Shown here piece after piece: positions 1-12,298 of a DNA stretch of 64,000 bases. The notes below the pieces were generated by a model. That model ran no database searches. It had not been told where the DNA came from and was given only the letters and a program-made list of their open reading frames with translations. The stretch is from Malacoraja senta (lineage: Eukaryota): assembly GCA_038087875.1 (NCBI GenBank), contig JAXLNO010000050.1, forward strand, positions 1-64,000, written 5' to 3'. Position 1 is the stretch's first letter, and the number at the start of each line of letters is the position of its first letter. Both the position numbers and the translations under genes were made by a program.

Positions 1-110
1 TCCCTCTCTCTCCCTCTCTCCCTCTCTCCCTCTCTCTCTCTCTCCCTCTATCTCTCTCTCTCCCTCTCCCTCTCTCTCCCTCCCCCCTTCTCCCCCTCCT
101 TTTCCTCTCC
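1..110. repeat. (CT)n / pyrimidine microsatellite
   Basis: Direct reading: tccctctctc-type low-complexity tract. Confidence 0.95.
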
Positions 111-224
111 ATCCCACCCTCAATACACCAAAATACAACAAATGCCCACTCCATAACCGTCTCGTCCCCCCTCCCGCCGGAAGCGCCTTTGTGGACAACA
201 AAGATACTCGAGGACAAAGTGTTG

Positions 225-430
225 AAGAAGGAACTGCAGATCAAAGATTATATCGCGGATCCTCTAGTATCTTTGCTGCAGATGCTGGAAAATGGAAGGT
301 AAACAAATGCTGGAGAAACTCAGCGGGTGCAGCAGCATCTATGGAGCGAAGGAAATAGGCAACGTTTCGGGCCCAAACCCTTCTTCAGACTGAAACGTTG
401 CCTATTTCCTCCGCTCCATAGATGCTGCAT
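225..430 (-). mobile_element. Penelope-derived short repeat with hammerhead-like core and fold-back
   Basis: Family motif gatgctggaaaa...tgctggagaaactcagcggg...gcagcatct. Minus strand reads CTGAAGAAGGGTTTGGGCCCGAAACGTTG. Arms 332-368 and 392-428 are inverted. Confidence 0.6.
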
Positions 431-467
431 TTGTGTTTCCCTACTAGAGGAGCGGCTTGGTTGTTAT

Positions 468-755
468 CATAGAAACATAGACAACAGGGGCAGGAGGAGG
501 CCATTCGGCCCTTCGAGCCTGCACCGCCATACATTGTGATCATTGCTGATCGTCCCCTATCAATACCCCGTGCCTGCCTTCTCCCCATATCCCTTGACTC
601 CACTGGCCCCTAGAGCTCTATCTAACTCTCTCTTAAATCCATCCAGTGATTTGGCCTCCACTGCCCTCTGTGGCAGGGAATTCCACAAATTCACAACACA
701 CTGGGTGAAAAAGTATTTTCTCACCTCAGTCTTAAATGGCCTCCCTTTATTCTAA
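468..755 (-). mobile_element. CR1 LINE 3' end fragment
   Basis: Reverse complement of the ORF2 C-terminus (FFTQ..VNLWNSLP..GYGEKAG) plus 3' UTR and (TTTCTATG)n-type tail, the same as other CR1 ends in the window. Confidence 0.85.
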
Positions 756-1864
756 GATGTATGTATTCTAGGATTCATGTATAGCCTTTCCACTCACTGG
801 ATAGCCCACACCAAAAAACCTCTTCACTGTTGGTCCGGCAATACAGATAATCCAGAAAGGCTCTGGAACCAAGGATGCTGGAAAATTCAGTAGTGGAGAT
901 AACAGATATTGAAGGTAAATATCCTGTATGCCTTCTTTACCACCTTAAATGTTGCCAATTTCAAGGATCCTCATACTCCAAAGTCCCCATTCCTCAATAC
1001 TCCATTGGAATCCACCATTCCCTACGCATTCCCACCGTGAATAGCCCTCACCAAGTACTTCACCTCACACTGGTGAGGAATATATTCTATCTTCCATTGT
1101 TCTACCTACGACATGTGTGTGCCTTTAAGAAATGTGTCCCGGCCTCCCCCTTTGCCAGATTGAGGCTGTACACAACATGGAGGAACAAATCACTACCCAG
1201 TGATGTAAACATTGGATTCTCTGAGTTAAGGTAACTTCTACATATGCTCCTCTTCCTCCTCTCCTCCCCCACTCCACCCTCCACCCCCTTCTTGCACTAA
1301 AAGTCAGTTAACTAGTTCCACAGTTCACAATATATTCCTCAAATTCACACCATCCCTAGCAGATAATCAGCCTTTCAGTTAGATATAGCTCTAAGAGCTA
1401 ACAGAATGAAGGGATATGGGGAGAAAGCAGGAATGGGGTACTGATTCTGGATGATCAACCATGATCATATTGAATGGCGATGCTGGCTCAAAGGGCCATA
1501 TGGCCTACTCCTGCACCTATTTTCTATGTTTCTGTACTGTCCTTGCCTGAGGTATGTTGCCGGTCCTGATTTGTCCTGGTCCTTTCTTGCTTCCAATCCA
1601 CTCCCTCCCACACACAATCAGTCCTAAGAAGGGTGTTGATCCGAAACGTCACCTATCCATGTTCTCCAGAGATGCTGCCTGACCCACTGAGTTACTCGAG
1701 CACTCTGTGAAACGTCACCTATCCATGTTCTCCGGAGATGCTGCCTGTTCCGCTGAGTTACTCCAACATTCTGTGAAACGTCACCTATCCATCTTCTCCA
1801 GAGATGCTGGCTCACCTGCTGAGTTACTCCAGCACTTTGAGTCTATCATTAAGAACCTTTGGTG

Positions 1865-2100
1865 CGACAGACCCTGGTTCGATCCTGACTACGGGTGCTG
1901 TCTCTACGGAGTTCGTATGTTCTCCCCGTGACCGCGTGGGTTTTCTCCGGGTGCTCCGGTTTCCTCCCACATCCCAAAGACATGGAGGTTTGTAGGTTAA
2001 TTGGCTTCTGTACATTGTCCCTAGTGTGTAGGATGATCATTGGCTGGAGCGGACCCGGTGGGCCCAAGGACCTGTTTCCATGCTGTATCACTCAACTAAA
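1865..2100 (+). mobile_element. tRNA-derived HE1/V-SINE-like SINE (representative; similar copies at ~2618-2915, 5605-5770, 29300-29730, 30050-30320, 33805-34090, 35385-35790, 36215-36500, 38750-38930, 60090-60310)
   Basis: B-box GGTTCGATCC; central core ttctccccgtgaccgcgtgggttttctccgggtgctccggtttcctcccac; LINE-like tail gggccgaagggcctgtttccatgctgtat. Confidence 0.85.
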
Positions 2101-3159
2101 CGAATTATTTGGTTTTGCAAAGCTTGAAGATGTAAGAAAAAATAAGGTGGAGTAATCTCCAAAGTTTAACATTTTTATTCTGAGAACCAAGTGAAAATAG
2201 AATGGGAACACAGGGAATGTTGATGTTGATGTTTGGCTAGCAGTTTAGAAGCATAATTAGATCACAATATAGGAAGAGTTTACAGACCATACATGAGAAG
2301 TTGCACATTCCACGACTAATCTTGTTTAAAAGAACATATTAATCAAAATGCTAAACTGATTTCTGGACTTGTTGTGAATCTCACTTCTCCAATTCATTTG
2401 GATCATTAGAGTATTTATGGGAAACATCTGTCTAACCAGAACCAGCAAGGAAAACAGCTGGATTCATAGCAATGGGCAGCCAGAAATCCTTGCACTCTAA
2501 TGCAAATCCTACTGAGAATCCTGTAACAGGGAACGCCACTTTGTGTAATTGGAAAGCTCATTCAAGAGAACTATGTAACAGGTGCAACACCAAGGATTTA
2601 CAGTTGGATACATTCAGGGGCGGCACAGCGGTACAGTTGCTACCTCACAGCGCTAGAGACCCAGGTTCGATTCTGAATACGGGTCCTGTTGGTACGGATT
2701 TTGTACGTTCGGCCCGTGACTGAGTGGGTTTTCTCCGGGGGCTCTGGTTTCATCCCACTGTCCAAAGATGTACAAGTTTGTAGCTTAATTGGCTTTGATA
2801 AAATAGTAAATTGTCCCTAGTGTGTGGGATAGTATTAGTGTGCGGGTAATCACTGGTCGGCACGGACTCAGTGGGCTGAAGGGCCTGTTTCTACACTGTA
2901 TCTCTAATCTAAACTTTTGTGGCAGCTCCCAAGGGTCGGACTATCCTAACTGTCAAACCCCTCGGCACGGGAATGGTTCAGTCCAGAGGCGGCCCTTAAC
3001 CAGAGGTTTAAAGGCAAGGGTTTGGGTGCCATCTTTCTCTCGTGGACTTCCCTACAATCTAGAAGGACATAAATAAAGGTTCCTCCCGAAATACCTGGCT
3101 CCTCGCTTTCATTTCGGGACCTACGCACCACACTTTCTGAAATTGTGCCCAAATGTCCA

Positions 3160-4535
3160 ATAACTGCTAGAGTCAGTTATTAAAGATGGGATAGCAGCAC
3201 ATTTGGAAAGTGGTGAAATCATTGGACAAAGTCAGCATGGATTTACGAAAGGTAAATCATGTCTGACGAATCTTATAGAATTTTTCGAGGATGTAACTAG
3301 TAGCGTGGATAGGGGAGAACCAGTGGATGTGGTGTATCTGGACTTCCAGAAGGCTTTCGACAAGGTCCCACATAAGAGATTAGTATACAAACTTAAAGCA
3401 CATGGCATTGGGGGTTCAGTATTGATGTGGATAGAGAACTGGCTGGCAAACAGGAAGCAAAGAGTAGGAGTAAACGGGTCCTTTTCACAATGGCAGGCAG
3501 TGACTAGTGGGGTACCGCAAGGCTCAGTGCTGGGACCCCAGCTATTTACAATATATATTAATGACCTGGATGAGGGAATTGAAGGCAATATCTCCAAGTT
3601 TGCGGATGACACTAAGCTGGGGGGCAGTGTTAGCTGTGAGGAGGATGCTAGGAGACTGCAAGGTGACTTGGATAGGCTGGGTGAGTGGGCAAATGTTTGG
3701 CAGATGCAGTATAATGTGGATAAATGTGAGGTTATCCATTTTGGTGGCAAAAACGGAAAGCAGACTATTTTCTAAATGGTGGCCGACTAGGAAAAGGGGA
3801 GATGCAGCGAGACCTGGGTGTCATGGTACACCAGTCATTGAAAGTAGGCATGCAGGTGCAGCAGGCAGTGAAGAAAGCGAATGGTATGTTAGCTTTCATA
3901 GCAAAAGGATTTGAGTATAGAGCAGGGAGGTTCTACTGCAGTTGTACAGGGTCTTGGTGAGACCAGACCTGGAGTATTGCGTACAGTTTTGGTCTCCAAA
4001 TCTGAGGAAGGACATTATTGCCATAGAGGGAGTGCAGAGAAGGTTCACCAGACTGATTCCTGGGATGTCAGGACTGTCTTATGAAGAAAGACTGGATAGA
4101 CTTGGTTTATACTCTCTAGAATTTAGGAGATTGAGAGGGGATCTTATAGAAACTTACAAAATTCTTAAGGGGTTGGACAGGCTAGATGCAGGAAGATTGC
4201 TCCCGATGTTGGGGAAGTCCAGGACAAGGGGTCACAGCTTAAGGATAAGGGGGAAATCCTTTAAAACCGAGATGAGAAGAACTTTTTTCACACAGAGAGT
4301 GGTGAATCTCTGGAACTCTCTGCCACAGAGGGTAGTCGAGGCCAGTTCATTGGTTATATTTAAGAGGGAGCTAGATGTGGCCCTTGTGGCTAAAGGGATC
4401 AGAGGGTATGGAGAGAAGGCAGGTACGGGATACTGAGTTGGATGATCAGCCATGATCATATTGAATGGCGGTGCAGGCTCGAAGGGCCGAATGGCCTACT
4501 CCTGCACCTAATTTCTATGTTTCTATGTTTCTATA
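3160..4535 (+). mobile_element. CR1 LINE, 5'-truncated, RT domain plus 3' UTR, frameshifted
   Basis: ORFs 3203-3775 (QHGFTKGKSCLTNL, YLDFQKAFDKVPH, GVPQGSVLGP, KFADDTKL) and 3942-4436; tail tttctatgtttctatgtttcta. Confidence 0.95.
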
Positions 4536-4769
4536 TTTTGGAAGTCTACCATTGAAACATGACAGTTTTACAGATGGCAACAGACTTGAGTCCGAAGAAG
4601 AGTCTGAAACCAAAATGTCACATATTCTTTTTCTCCAGAGATGTTGTCTAACCCGCTGTTTTTTGTGTCTATCTTCAGTGTAAACCAGCATCTGTAGTTC
4701 CTTCCTATGTTTAAATGTTACTGCATCAAATGTTGGTACAAAATGGGGAAAGGAGGTGAAAGCAGATGC

Positions 4770-4995
4770 GACGGCTGGTAGGGTGGAAGGTGAGGACAAG
4801 GGGGACTCTGTCCTTGTTACGAGTAGGGTGATGGGGAGTGAGAGCAGAGCTGCGGGATATAGAGGAGACCCTGGTGAGAGCCTCATCTATAATCGAAGAG
4901 GGGAACCCCCGTTCTCTAAAGAATGAGGACTTCTCCGATACCCTGGTCTGGAACACCTTATCCTGGGTGCAGATGCGGTGTAGACGGAAGAATTG
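4770..4995 (-). mobile_element. Penelope-like element ORF fragment
   Basis: Translation FFRERGFPSSIIDEAL..RNKDRVPLVLTFHP resembles the linker between RT and GIY-YIG in Penelope/Poseidon elements. Confidence 0.7.
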
Positions 4996-5781
4996 GGGTG
5001 GGGGAGGAATGGGTAGAAGGGAGAATATGAAAACAAAGAACTGCTGATGCTGGACATAAAATGGTGGAGTAACTCAGCAGGTCAGACAGCATCTCTGGAT
5101 AGAAGGAATGGGTGATGTTTCGGGTCGAGACCCTTCTTCAGACTGCTCCATTGCAGATGCTGGTCTACAGAAAATATCTGAGTGGGACAGTATCTCAGGA
5201 GAACATGGATAGGCAATGTTTTGGGTCGGTAATAATGTTAATTGTATCCCTTCGTTATAACCTCTTCCCCAGCCAACAATGGGCCATTATGGGCTCCACC
5301 CTTCCTTGCTGTTGCTGCTCATCTGTTGCTGGCCCTGATTTGTTCTATATTGGTCCGTGTGTTTAAGAGAGTTAGATTTAGCTCTTAGGGCTAATGGAAT
5401 CAAGGGATATGGGGAGAAATCAGGAACAGGGTACTGATTCTGGATGATCAGCCATGATCATATTAAATGGCGGTGCTGGCTCAAAGGGTCGAATGGCCTA
5501 CTCCTGCGCCTATTTTCTATGTTTCTATTCTATTCTTACCTCCAATTCCCTCCCCTCTATTTTCAGTGTGAAGGAGAGTCCCGACCCGAAACGTCACCCA
5601 CGTTAGAGCTGCTGCCTTACAGCGCCAGAGACCCAGGTTCGATCCACACTATGAGTGCTGTCTGTATGGAGTTTTACGTTCTCCCCGTAACCTTTGTGGG
5701 ATTTCTCCAGGTGCTCCGGTTTCCTCCAACATGCCAAAGACGCTAGGGTTTTTAATTTGCTTCGGTAAAAATTATAAATTG

Positions 5782-6318
5782 GTAAAGCTGCATCAATCTT
5801 CAGACAAATGCAGCCAATATGGTCTAATGGTGGGATATCCAAGATGCTAAAAGTCAAACTCTTCCAGTCCGTAGTCTTCCCTACAGCCCTCTGTGCCACT
5901 GATACATGGAAAATCAATGTGAAGATGAAAAAGAAATTGGATGCATCCCAACAACGCTGCTTGAGGAGGATCCTGAAGACTAGCTACAGAGACCACATCA
6001 CAAACGAGGAGATCTACCGGGAAACTGCAACAAAGCCTCTCAGCCAGGACATGGAGGGACGCAGGATGAAATCTGCAGGACATGTACTCAGAATGTCAGC
6101 AGAACGTGCACCTAAGATAGCAATGACATGGCAAGCTGACGGAAGAAGGAAAAGAGGCCGACCAAAACTCACATGAGGTGAACATTCTGGTAGGATTTGG
6201 AAGCCCGGGACGCTAACCTATCGAGGGTGGAAGACGTCGCACATAACCGAACAGAATGGCCAAAGCTTGCTGCCCAATGCACTCAACAGTGTGGGAGGAA
6301 CTAAGTCTAAGTAAGTAA
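5782..6318 (+). mobile_element. RTE-clade LINE 3' fragment inserted in a SINE
   Basis: ORF 5808-6176 (KVKLFQSVVFPTAL..W..RCLRRIL..ITNEE..GHVLRM..RKRGRPK); (TAAG)n tail; SINE sequence resumes on both sides. Confidence 0.85.
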
Positions 6319-7129
6319 TTGTGTGTAGGATAGCGTTAGTGTGCGGGGATCGCTGATCGGCATGGTCTCCGTGGGCTGAAGGGGCCGGTTTCCGTGCTGT
6401 ATCTCTGAACAAAACAACAAAATTACCCATCGTTTTCTCCAGATATGTTGCCCGGCCCATTGAGTAACTCCAGCACTTTGTGTCTATCGCGATAATGTTA
6501 TTGAAGGGAGTTACCATAAATAGTGCGTGAACAGCTTAGTGAGAAATCAGGCTTGTGCTTGGATCTGTGATGTGTAAGAGATGGCTGTACTCCCAATACC
6601 GAATCCATAACATGGAACCAAACTCAGAACAACAAATAAACAACACGCAGAGAGCAGCGGTTAAGGTCAGAGCAGAAAAATAACAGCCGCCAAAGCCTAG
6701 TGCGTTAAATATCTCAAAACTTTATTTCAAAAAACAAATTGATGCACTGAAATTCATTAATAATAGCTATTTTCTTAAAAACTAATTAAAAACAGGGAAT
6801 ATTCAAAACTATTTACAAAAGTATATATACAGAAGGTTTCACTGATACCGCAGGCAATTTGTGTTTAACATCTGTGTCCAATACCGTAGATACATTTTCT
6901 TTTTACATTAGTGCACTCAATGCTGAGAAAAAGCGCCGAGATTTTGAAACTTTCATGTAGGCGGTGGTTCGGGGCAGTCCGTGTCTGATGAACATATTAG
7001 TTACTGGTGTTTCAGCTAAGGTGGACCGGATGAAGGAAGAGAGGGGAAAAAAAGAGTAGGAACTCCAGATCTTTGTTTGTGAGCTTCTTCGAACACTTGC
7101 TCACTGGAGATCATAGGCACATGGTTACC

Positions 7130-7191
<62 letters not shown>

Positions 7192-7365
7192 CACAGAGAA
7201 AGAGAGAGAGTGACAGTGAGTGAGTGAGTGTGACAGTGAGAGAGTGAGTGTGAGTGTGAGTGAGTGTGTTAGTGAATGTGAGTGAGAGTGAGTGTGATTG
7301 AGAGTTTGAGTGAGTGAGTGAGTGTGAGTAGAATGAGTGAGTGAGAGTGTGAGTGAGAGAGTGAG
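7130..7365. repeat. (GA)n then (GAGT)n microsatellite
   Basis: Direct reading. Confidence 0.95.
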
Positions 7366-8938
7366 TGTAGTGGCCGTTTGGCTTAATATTTTGTGTCATA
7401 AATTATGGAATTTGCCTTTAAATGTTGTCTGCCTGTAATTATGTGGGTGGGATATATTATGTAGTCGGAGGCGTGTTTGCTGCTGGGATTCTTGGAAGAA
7501 ACTTGTAGGTTTTTATTTAGTTCGGAGGAAGCATGGTGGGACAATATAGCTTTCGACCAATGGTCAGAGCTTTCCAACACCAAAGACGTTTTCTAATGTT
7601 TCGGAGCCACATGCTGGAGTTTGACGAAGATTAAAATGTACGTATCAAGAAGAGGTTTAGATGAATATCTGACTGTTTTACTTTGACAATAAAGAAACTA
7701 TTAATCAAGAGAGTTTGTTTTGGATGATTTATCTTTCTACGGCTTTGAATGTCTCGTGGAGAGTTCCCATTCGTAAAACGACGCTATCTCCTCACCCCGT
7801 GTCTTCTCCTAGTGGCTAGAGGGAGCAAATCCTTGAACAATATAATAATCTGCCATTATATCGAGTCGAAAGCTACCTTACAGTCAGGAGGTGGTAGAAG
7901 AGGGACAGATTGGCCTGGATCTCTGGAGAGAGATTACGCCCGAAAATTAGTACCAGAAGAGGAACTGAAGACTGGTTCCTTGAAGAGGAACTGAAGAAAA
8001 TAGATCTCGGCCAGCCAGGTTTACTCCTGGAGCCTTTTCCATGACTGGATATAGCCACAAGGCAGTGGAGGTTTTAAATCAGAGTTTTCCCTCTCCTAGA
8101 TGGACTGCCTTCCCAGGCTGACGAGCCCCATCTGCCCGAGACTCGTGGGGACGGGAGCGTCTACCTTCCCGTGCAGGTCTATAGCACCTGCCCACTGCCC
8201 AGACTTTTGTGTAGAACAACTATTCTACTATGTTGAATTCAGAAGCTGGAATGTTTACTTCAAACAGCTTCTGAAGAGTCTGGAGAAATTTAGTTCTGCT
8301 AAAGTTTGGAAAGAAGCCAAGAAGCTTGTTCGCATGCCAGCCTGGAAAACAGGAAACAAGCCACACAACAAGGTGCTAGAATGGAAGATGTGATTACACC
8401 ACAAGATAATATTTCAAATGTATCTACACAAAGATCAGGACATAAATCTGGTTCTATAGCCAGTAAAGCATCAAGGGCCTCTGCTCGAATGGAAGTTGAA
8501 GTTGATCCAGCTGCACTCTCAATAGAATCAAATACCTTGGAGAAGAAACATGAGATTGAGCGACAAGAAGAACAGCTGAGAGAAGAGATGAGGCGACAAG
8601 AAGAAGAGATAAGGTAACGAAAAGCACACCTGGAACTAGCCACAAAGTTGGCGGTTGCCAAATCGATGATGGAGATAATGAAAAGTGAGGGTTTGTAGAT
8701 TAACCCTTATTGATCCATGCCATTTATAATCTCCACTACACATATGTGCATGCCACCGTTTACATTGTATTACGGTACTACACAGCTTTACATTAGCAAG
8801 GTCAGCTTGTTCTCACTCTCTCTCTCACACAAGCCACGCTGAGCTGAATGAGAATGGCTGGCAGTTTAAATGTTCCTGTATACATATGGAATAAAGTGAT
8901 CTTTTACCATATGTATTCGTGTGGATTAATCATAAACA

Positions 8939-8952
8939 TGGTGTCAGAAGTG
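8939..8952 (+). promoter_or_regulatory. Primer-binding site of Gypsy element
   Basis: TGGTGTCAGAAGTG directly follows the LTR's terminal CA; typical tRNA-3'-end complement, likely tRNA-Leu. Confidence 0.8.
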
Positions 8953-10628
8953 AGATTGAGCCATGTCTACGACCCTTTTGCCTGAATTTATTTTAGTTTT
9001 TTTTTACAACGAACCATCGCTCGCTTATTATGGCTGAGTCTTTTCGTAAACCAGATCCTTTAATGTTCGACAGCGAATTTGCCGAACGTAGGCACATCTT
9101 CAAAGTGGAATTCGGAATTTTCATAGATGCTGTACGGCAAGAGTCTCCAAAATATGGTCCATAGGGAGAGAGGGAGAGAGAGAGAGAAGGGGCAGAGAGA
9201 GATGGGGAGAGAGACACATCAGGTCCATCATGAGATTTTAACCTCAGATTCGAGTCGGGGAGCGCAGCGACCCGGGGCTGCTCTTAGTGCAGTTACCAAT
9301 TAGATCCCTCGAATTGTCAGAGCCAAGACATCGCTGGGCCGCCGTGAAGAAGGGTGCAATGGTGCGGTGCGGGGTTCGGCGGCGGTCAAAATGGGACGGC
9401 TGTGCGTTATAACGTTCCATCGTTCCTCTCTCTCCCCTTCTCCCTCTGCCCCCTCCATCTCTCTCGCCCTCTCTCCCTGTCTCTCTCTGCCCCTTCTCTC
9501 TCTCTCTCCTCTCCCTGTCGCTCTCTATCTCGGTCTCTGCCCCATCTGCCTTTCTCTCTCTCCCTCCCCTCTCTCTCTGTCTGTCTCTGCCTGAGAGTTG
9601 GTAGTCCTGCTAGTGTCTTAGGTCCAAAAGAGGATAGAAAGAAAATACTTTAAATGGTCTACATTAGAAGTTTTAAATAATCTCTTCTACATTAGTGGCA
9701 AAATGCATCTTCAATATACAGGTCTCTCCCCACAAATGAACAATTGCACTTAAATAATATATCATCCATTCTGCAGATATGTAGTTATAACTCCATTTCT
9801 TCCTTCTTAGTTAATCCAATATGAGATTTTCTGTAATTTCAGATGTCGACAGCGGGTCCAGAATACTCGTCGACAAGATCTCCACCACCAAACTCTGGTG
9901 TACTTGTCAACCACCTGCCGTCTTTTTTCTGAACACTGAACTTGACTATTTTTCCAACATGCAGACCAATGACAGGCTAAATTGCAATGCAGTTTCAACG
10001 ATATTTGACATCACGAACACGCCGAAACGTCTGTTTTCCCAAATCCGGTTACTCGAGAGCAAGAATGAGAACCTCCCGTTACCCACACACAATTGTGCAA
10101 ATGACGATTTATTTATTATTGTATATAAGTTGGAAATTTTGTTCTTTGGGGTAAGCAAGGGGTGGGGCTATCATTGTCTGAAATATGTTGAATTTTACAT
10201 CACTTTCAAAACATTGCAATCCCCTGTATATGTCGTGCACAAAATGATGTGAATTATGTAAATATTACCATAAATGACGGAAATAGAAAGTGTTTTCATT
10301 GTTTATAAAGTTCAATTTAGAGTTATTTCAAATTGTGGAGGTTATTGCAATATAGGGCTGACCCACAAATGTGTCGTTATGAGACATTCACATTTTAAAA
10401 ATCCATGTCTCAAAAAAAAGCAAGAAGGTCCCCATATTATTTGACCAACTTATCGACTGAATTTAAATATGTAGGTTTGTATGCACTACATTGTGTTACG
10501 CTAATATAGAATGAAAGAATGGAAACATATTTTGACATTGTGTTCATGGATGTTTTATTCACAATATTAGGATTTCATATATATTTTAAGGGGTATGAAA
10601 ACTTTTGCAAGCCACTGTATATATATAT

Positions 10629-10696
<68 letters not shown>

Positions 10697-10707
10697 ATAT
10701 ATATATA

Positions 10708-12298
10708 CAGTGGCTTGCAAAAGTTTTCATACCCCTTGAATTTTTCCACATTTTGTCACGTTACAACCACAAACGTAAATGTATTTTATTCAGATTTTAT
10801 GTGATAGACCAACACAAAGTGGTGCTTAATTGTGAAGTGGAAGGAAAATGATACATGGTTTTCAAATTTTTTTACAAATAAAAAACTGAAAAGTGTGGCG
10901 TGCAAAAGTATTCAGCCCCCCTGAGTCAATACTTTGTAGAACCATCTTTCGCTGCAATTACAGCTGCAAGTCTTTTGGGGTATGTCTCTACCAGCTTTGC
11001 ACATCTAGAGACTGAAATTTCTGCCCGTTCTTCTTTGCAAAATAACTCAAGCTCAGTCAGATTGGATGGAGAGCGTCTGTGAACAGCAATTTTCAAGTCT
11101 TGTCAGAGATTCTCAATTGGATTTAGGTCTGGACTTTGACTGGGTCATTCTAACACATGAATATGCTTTGATCTAAACCATTCCATTGTAGCTCTGGCTG
11201 TATGTTTAGGGTCGTTGCCCTGCTGGAAGGTGAACCTCCGCCCCAGTCTCAAGTCTTTTGCAGACTCTAACAGGTTTTCTTCCAAGATTGCCCTGTTTTT
11301 GGCTCCATCCATCTTCCCATCAACTCTGACCAGCTTCCCTGTCCCTGATGAAGAAAAGCATCCCCACAGCATGATGCTGCTACCACCATGTTTCACAGTG
11401 GGGATGGTGTGTTCAGGGTGATGTGCAGTGTTAGTTTTCCGCCACACATAGCGTTTTGCATTTAGGCCAAAAACTTCAATTTTGGTCTCATCTGACCAGA
11501 GCACCTTCCTCCACATGTTTGCTGTGTCCCCCACATGGCTTGTGGCAAACTGCAAACGGGACTTCTTATGACTTTTTTTCAACAATGGCTTTCTTCTTGC
11601 CACTCTTCCATAAAGGCCCGATTTGTGGAGTGCACAACTAATAGTTGTCCTGTGGACAGATTCTCCCACCTGAGCTGTGGATCTCTGCAGCTCCTCCAGA
11701 GTTACCCTCTTGGCTGCTTCTCTGATCAATGCTCTCCTTGCCCAGCCTGTCAGTTTAGGTGGACGGCCATGTCTTGGTAGGTTTGCAGTTGTGCCATACT
11801 CTTTCCATTTTCGGATGATGGATTGAACAGTGCTACGTGAGATGTTCAAAGCTTGGGATATTTTTTTATAACCTTACCCTGCTTTAAACTTCTCCACAAC
11901 TTTATCCCTGACCTGTCTGGTGTGTTCCTTGGGCTTCATGATGCTGTTTGTTCATTAATGTTCTCTAACAAACCTCTGAGGCCTTCACAGAACAGCTGTA
12001 TTCATACTGAGATTAGATTACACACAAGTGGACTCTATTTACTAATTAGGTGACTTCTGAAGGCAATTGGTTGCACTGGATTATATTTAGGGGTATCAGA
12101 GTAAAGGGGGCTGAATACTTTTGCACGCCACACTTTTCAGTTGTTTATTTGTAATCATTTTCCTTCCACTTCACAATTATGCGCCACTTTGTGTTGGTCT
12201 ATCACATAAAATCCCAATAAAATACATTTACGTTTGTGGTTGTAACATGACAAAATGTGGAAAAGTTCAAGGGGTATGAATACTTTTGCAAGCCACTG
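10708..12298 (-). mobile_element. Tc1-like DNA transposon, full length, IR/DR-type TIRs, TA target
   Basis: TIRs CAGTGGCTTGCAAAAG.. at 10708 and its complement ending 12298 (~200 bp, inner repeat gtgcaaaagtattcagcccc); TA flanks inside (TA)n tracts. Confidence 0.97.
10926..11939 (-). pseudogene. Tc1 DD34E-type transposase, disrupted
   Basis: MKPKEHT..., HTH, GRPPKL, WSDETK, FQQGNDPKHT, then LE*PSQSPDLNPIENL. In-frame stops near 11875 and 11147. Confidence 0.9.

Noticed and set aside
1640..1840. CRISPR-like appearance of regular repeats (also 25.5-26.6 kb and 46.8-47.8 kb)
   Set aside because: These are head-to-tail tandem units with no unique spacers and no cas genes, in eukaryotic DNA.
2618..2690. 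tRNA gene
   Set aside because: The A/B-box head continues into the SINE core and tail; no complete cloverleaf.
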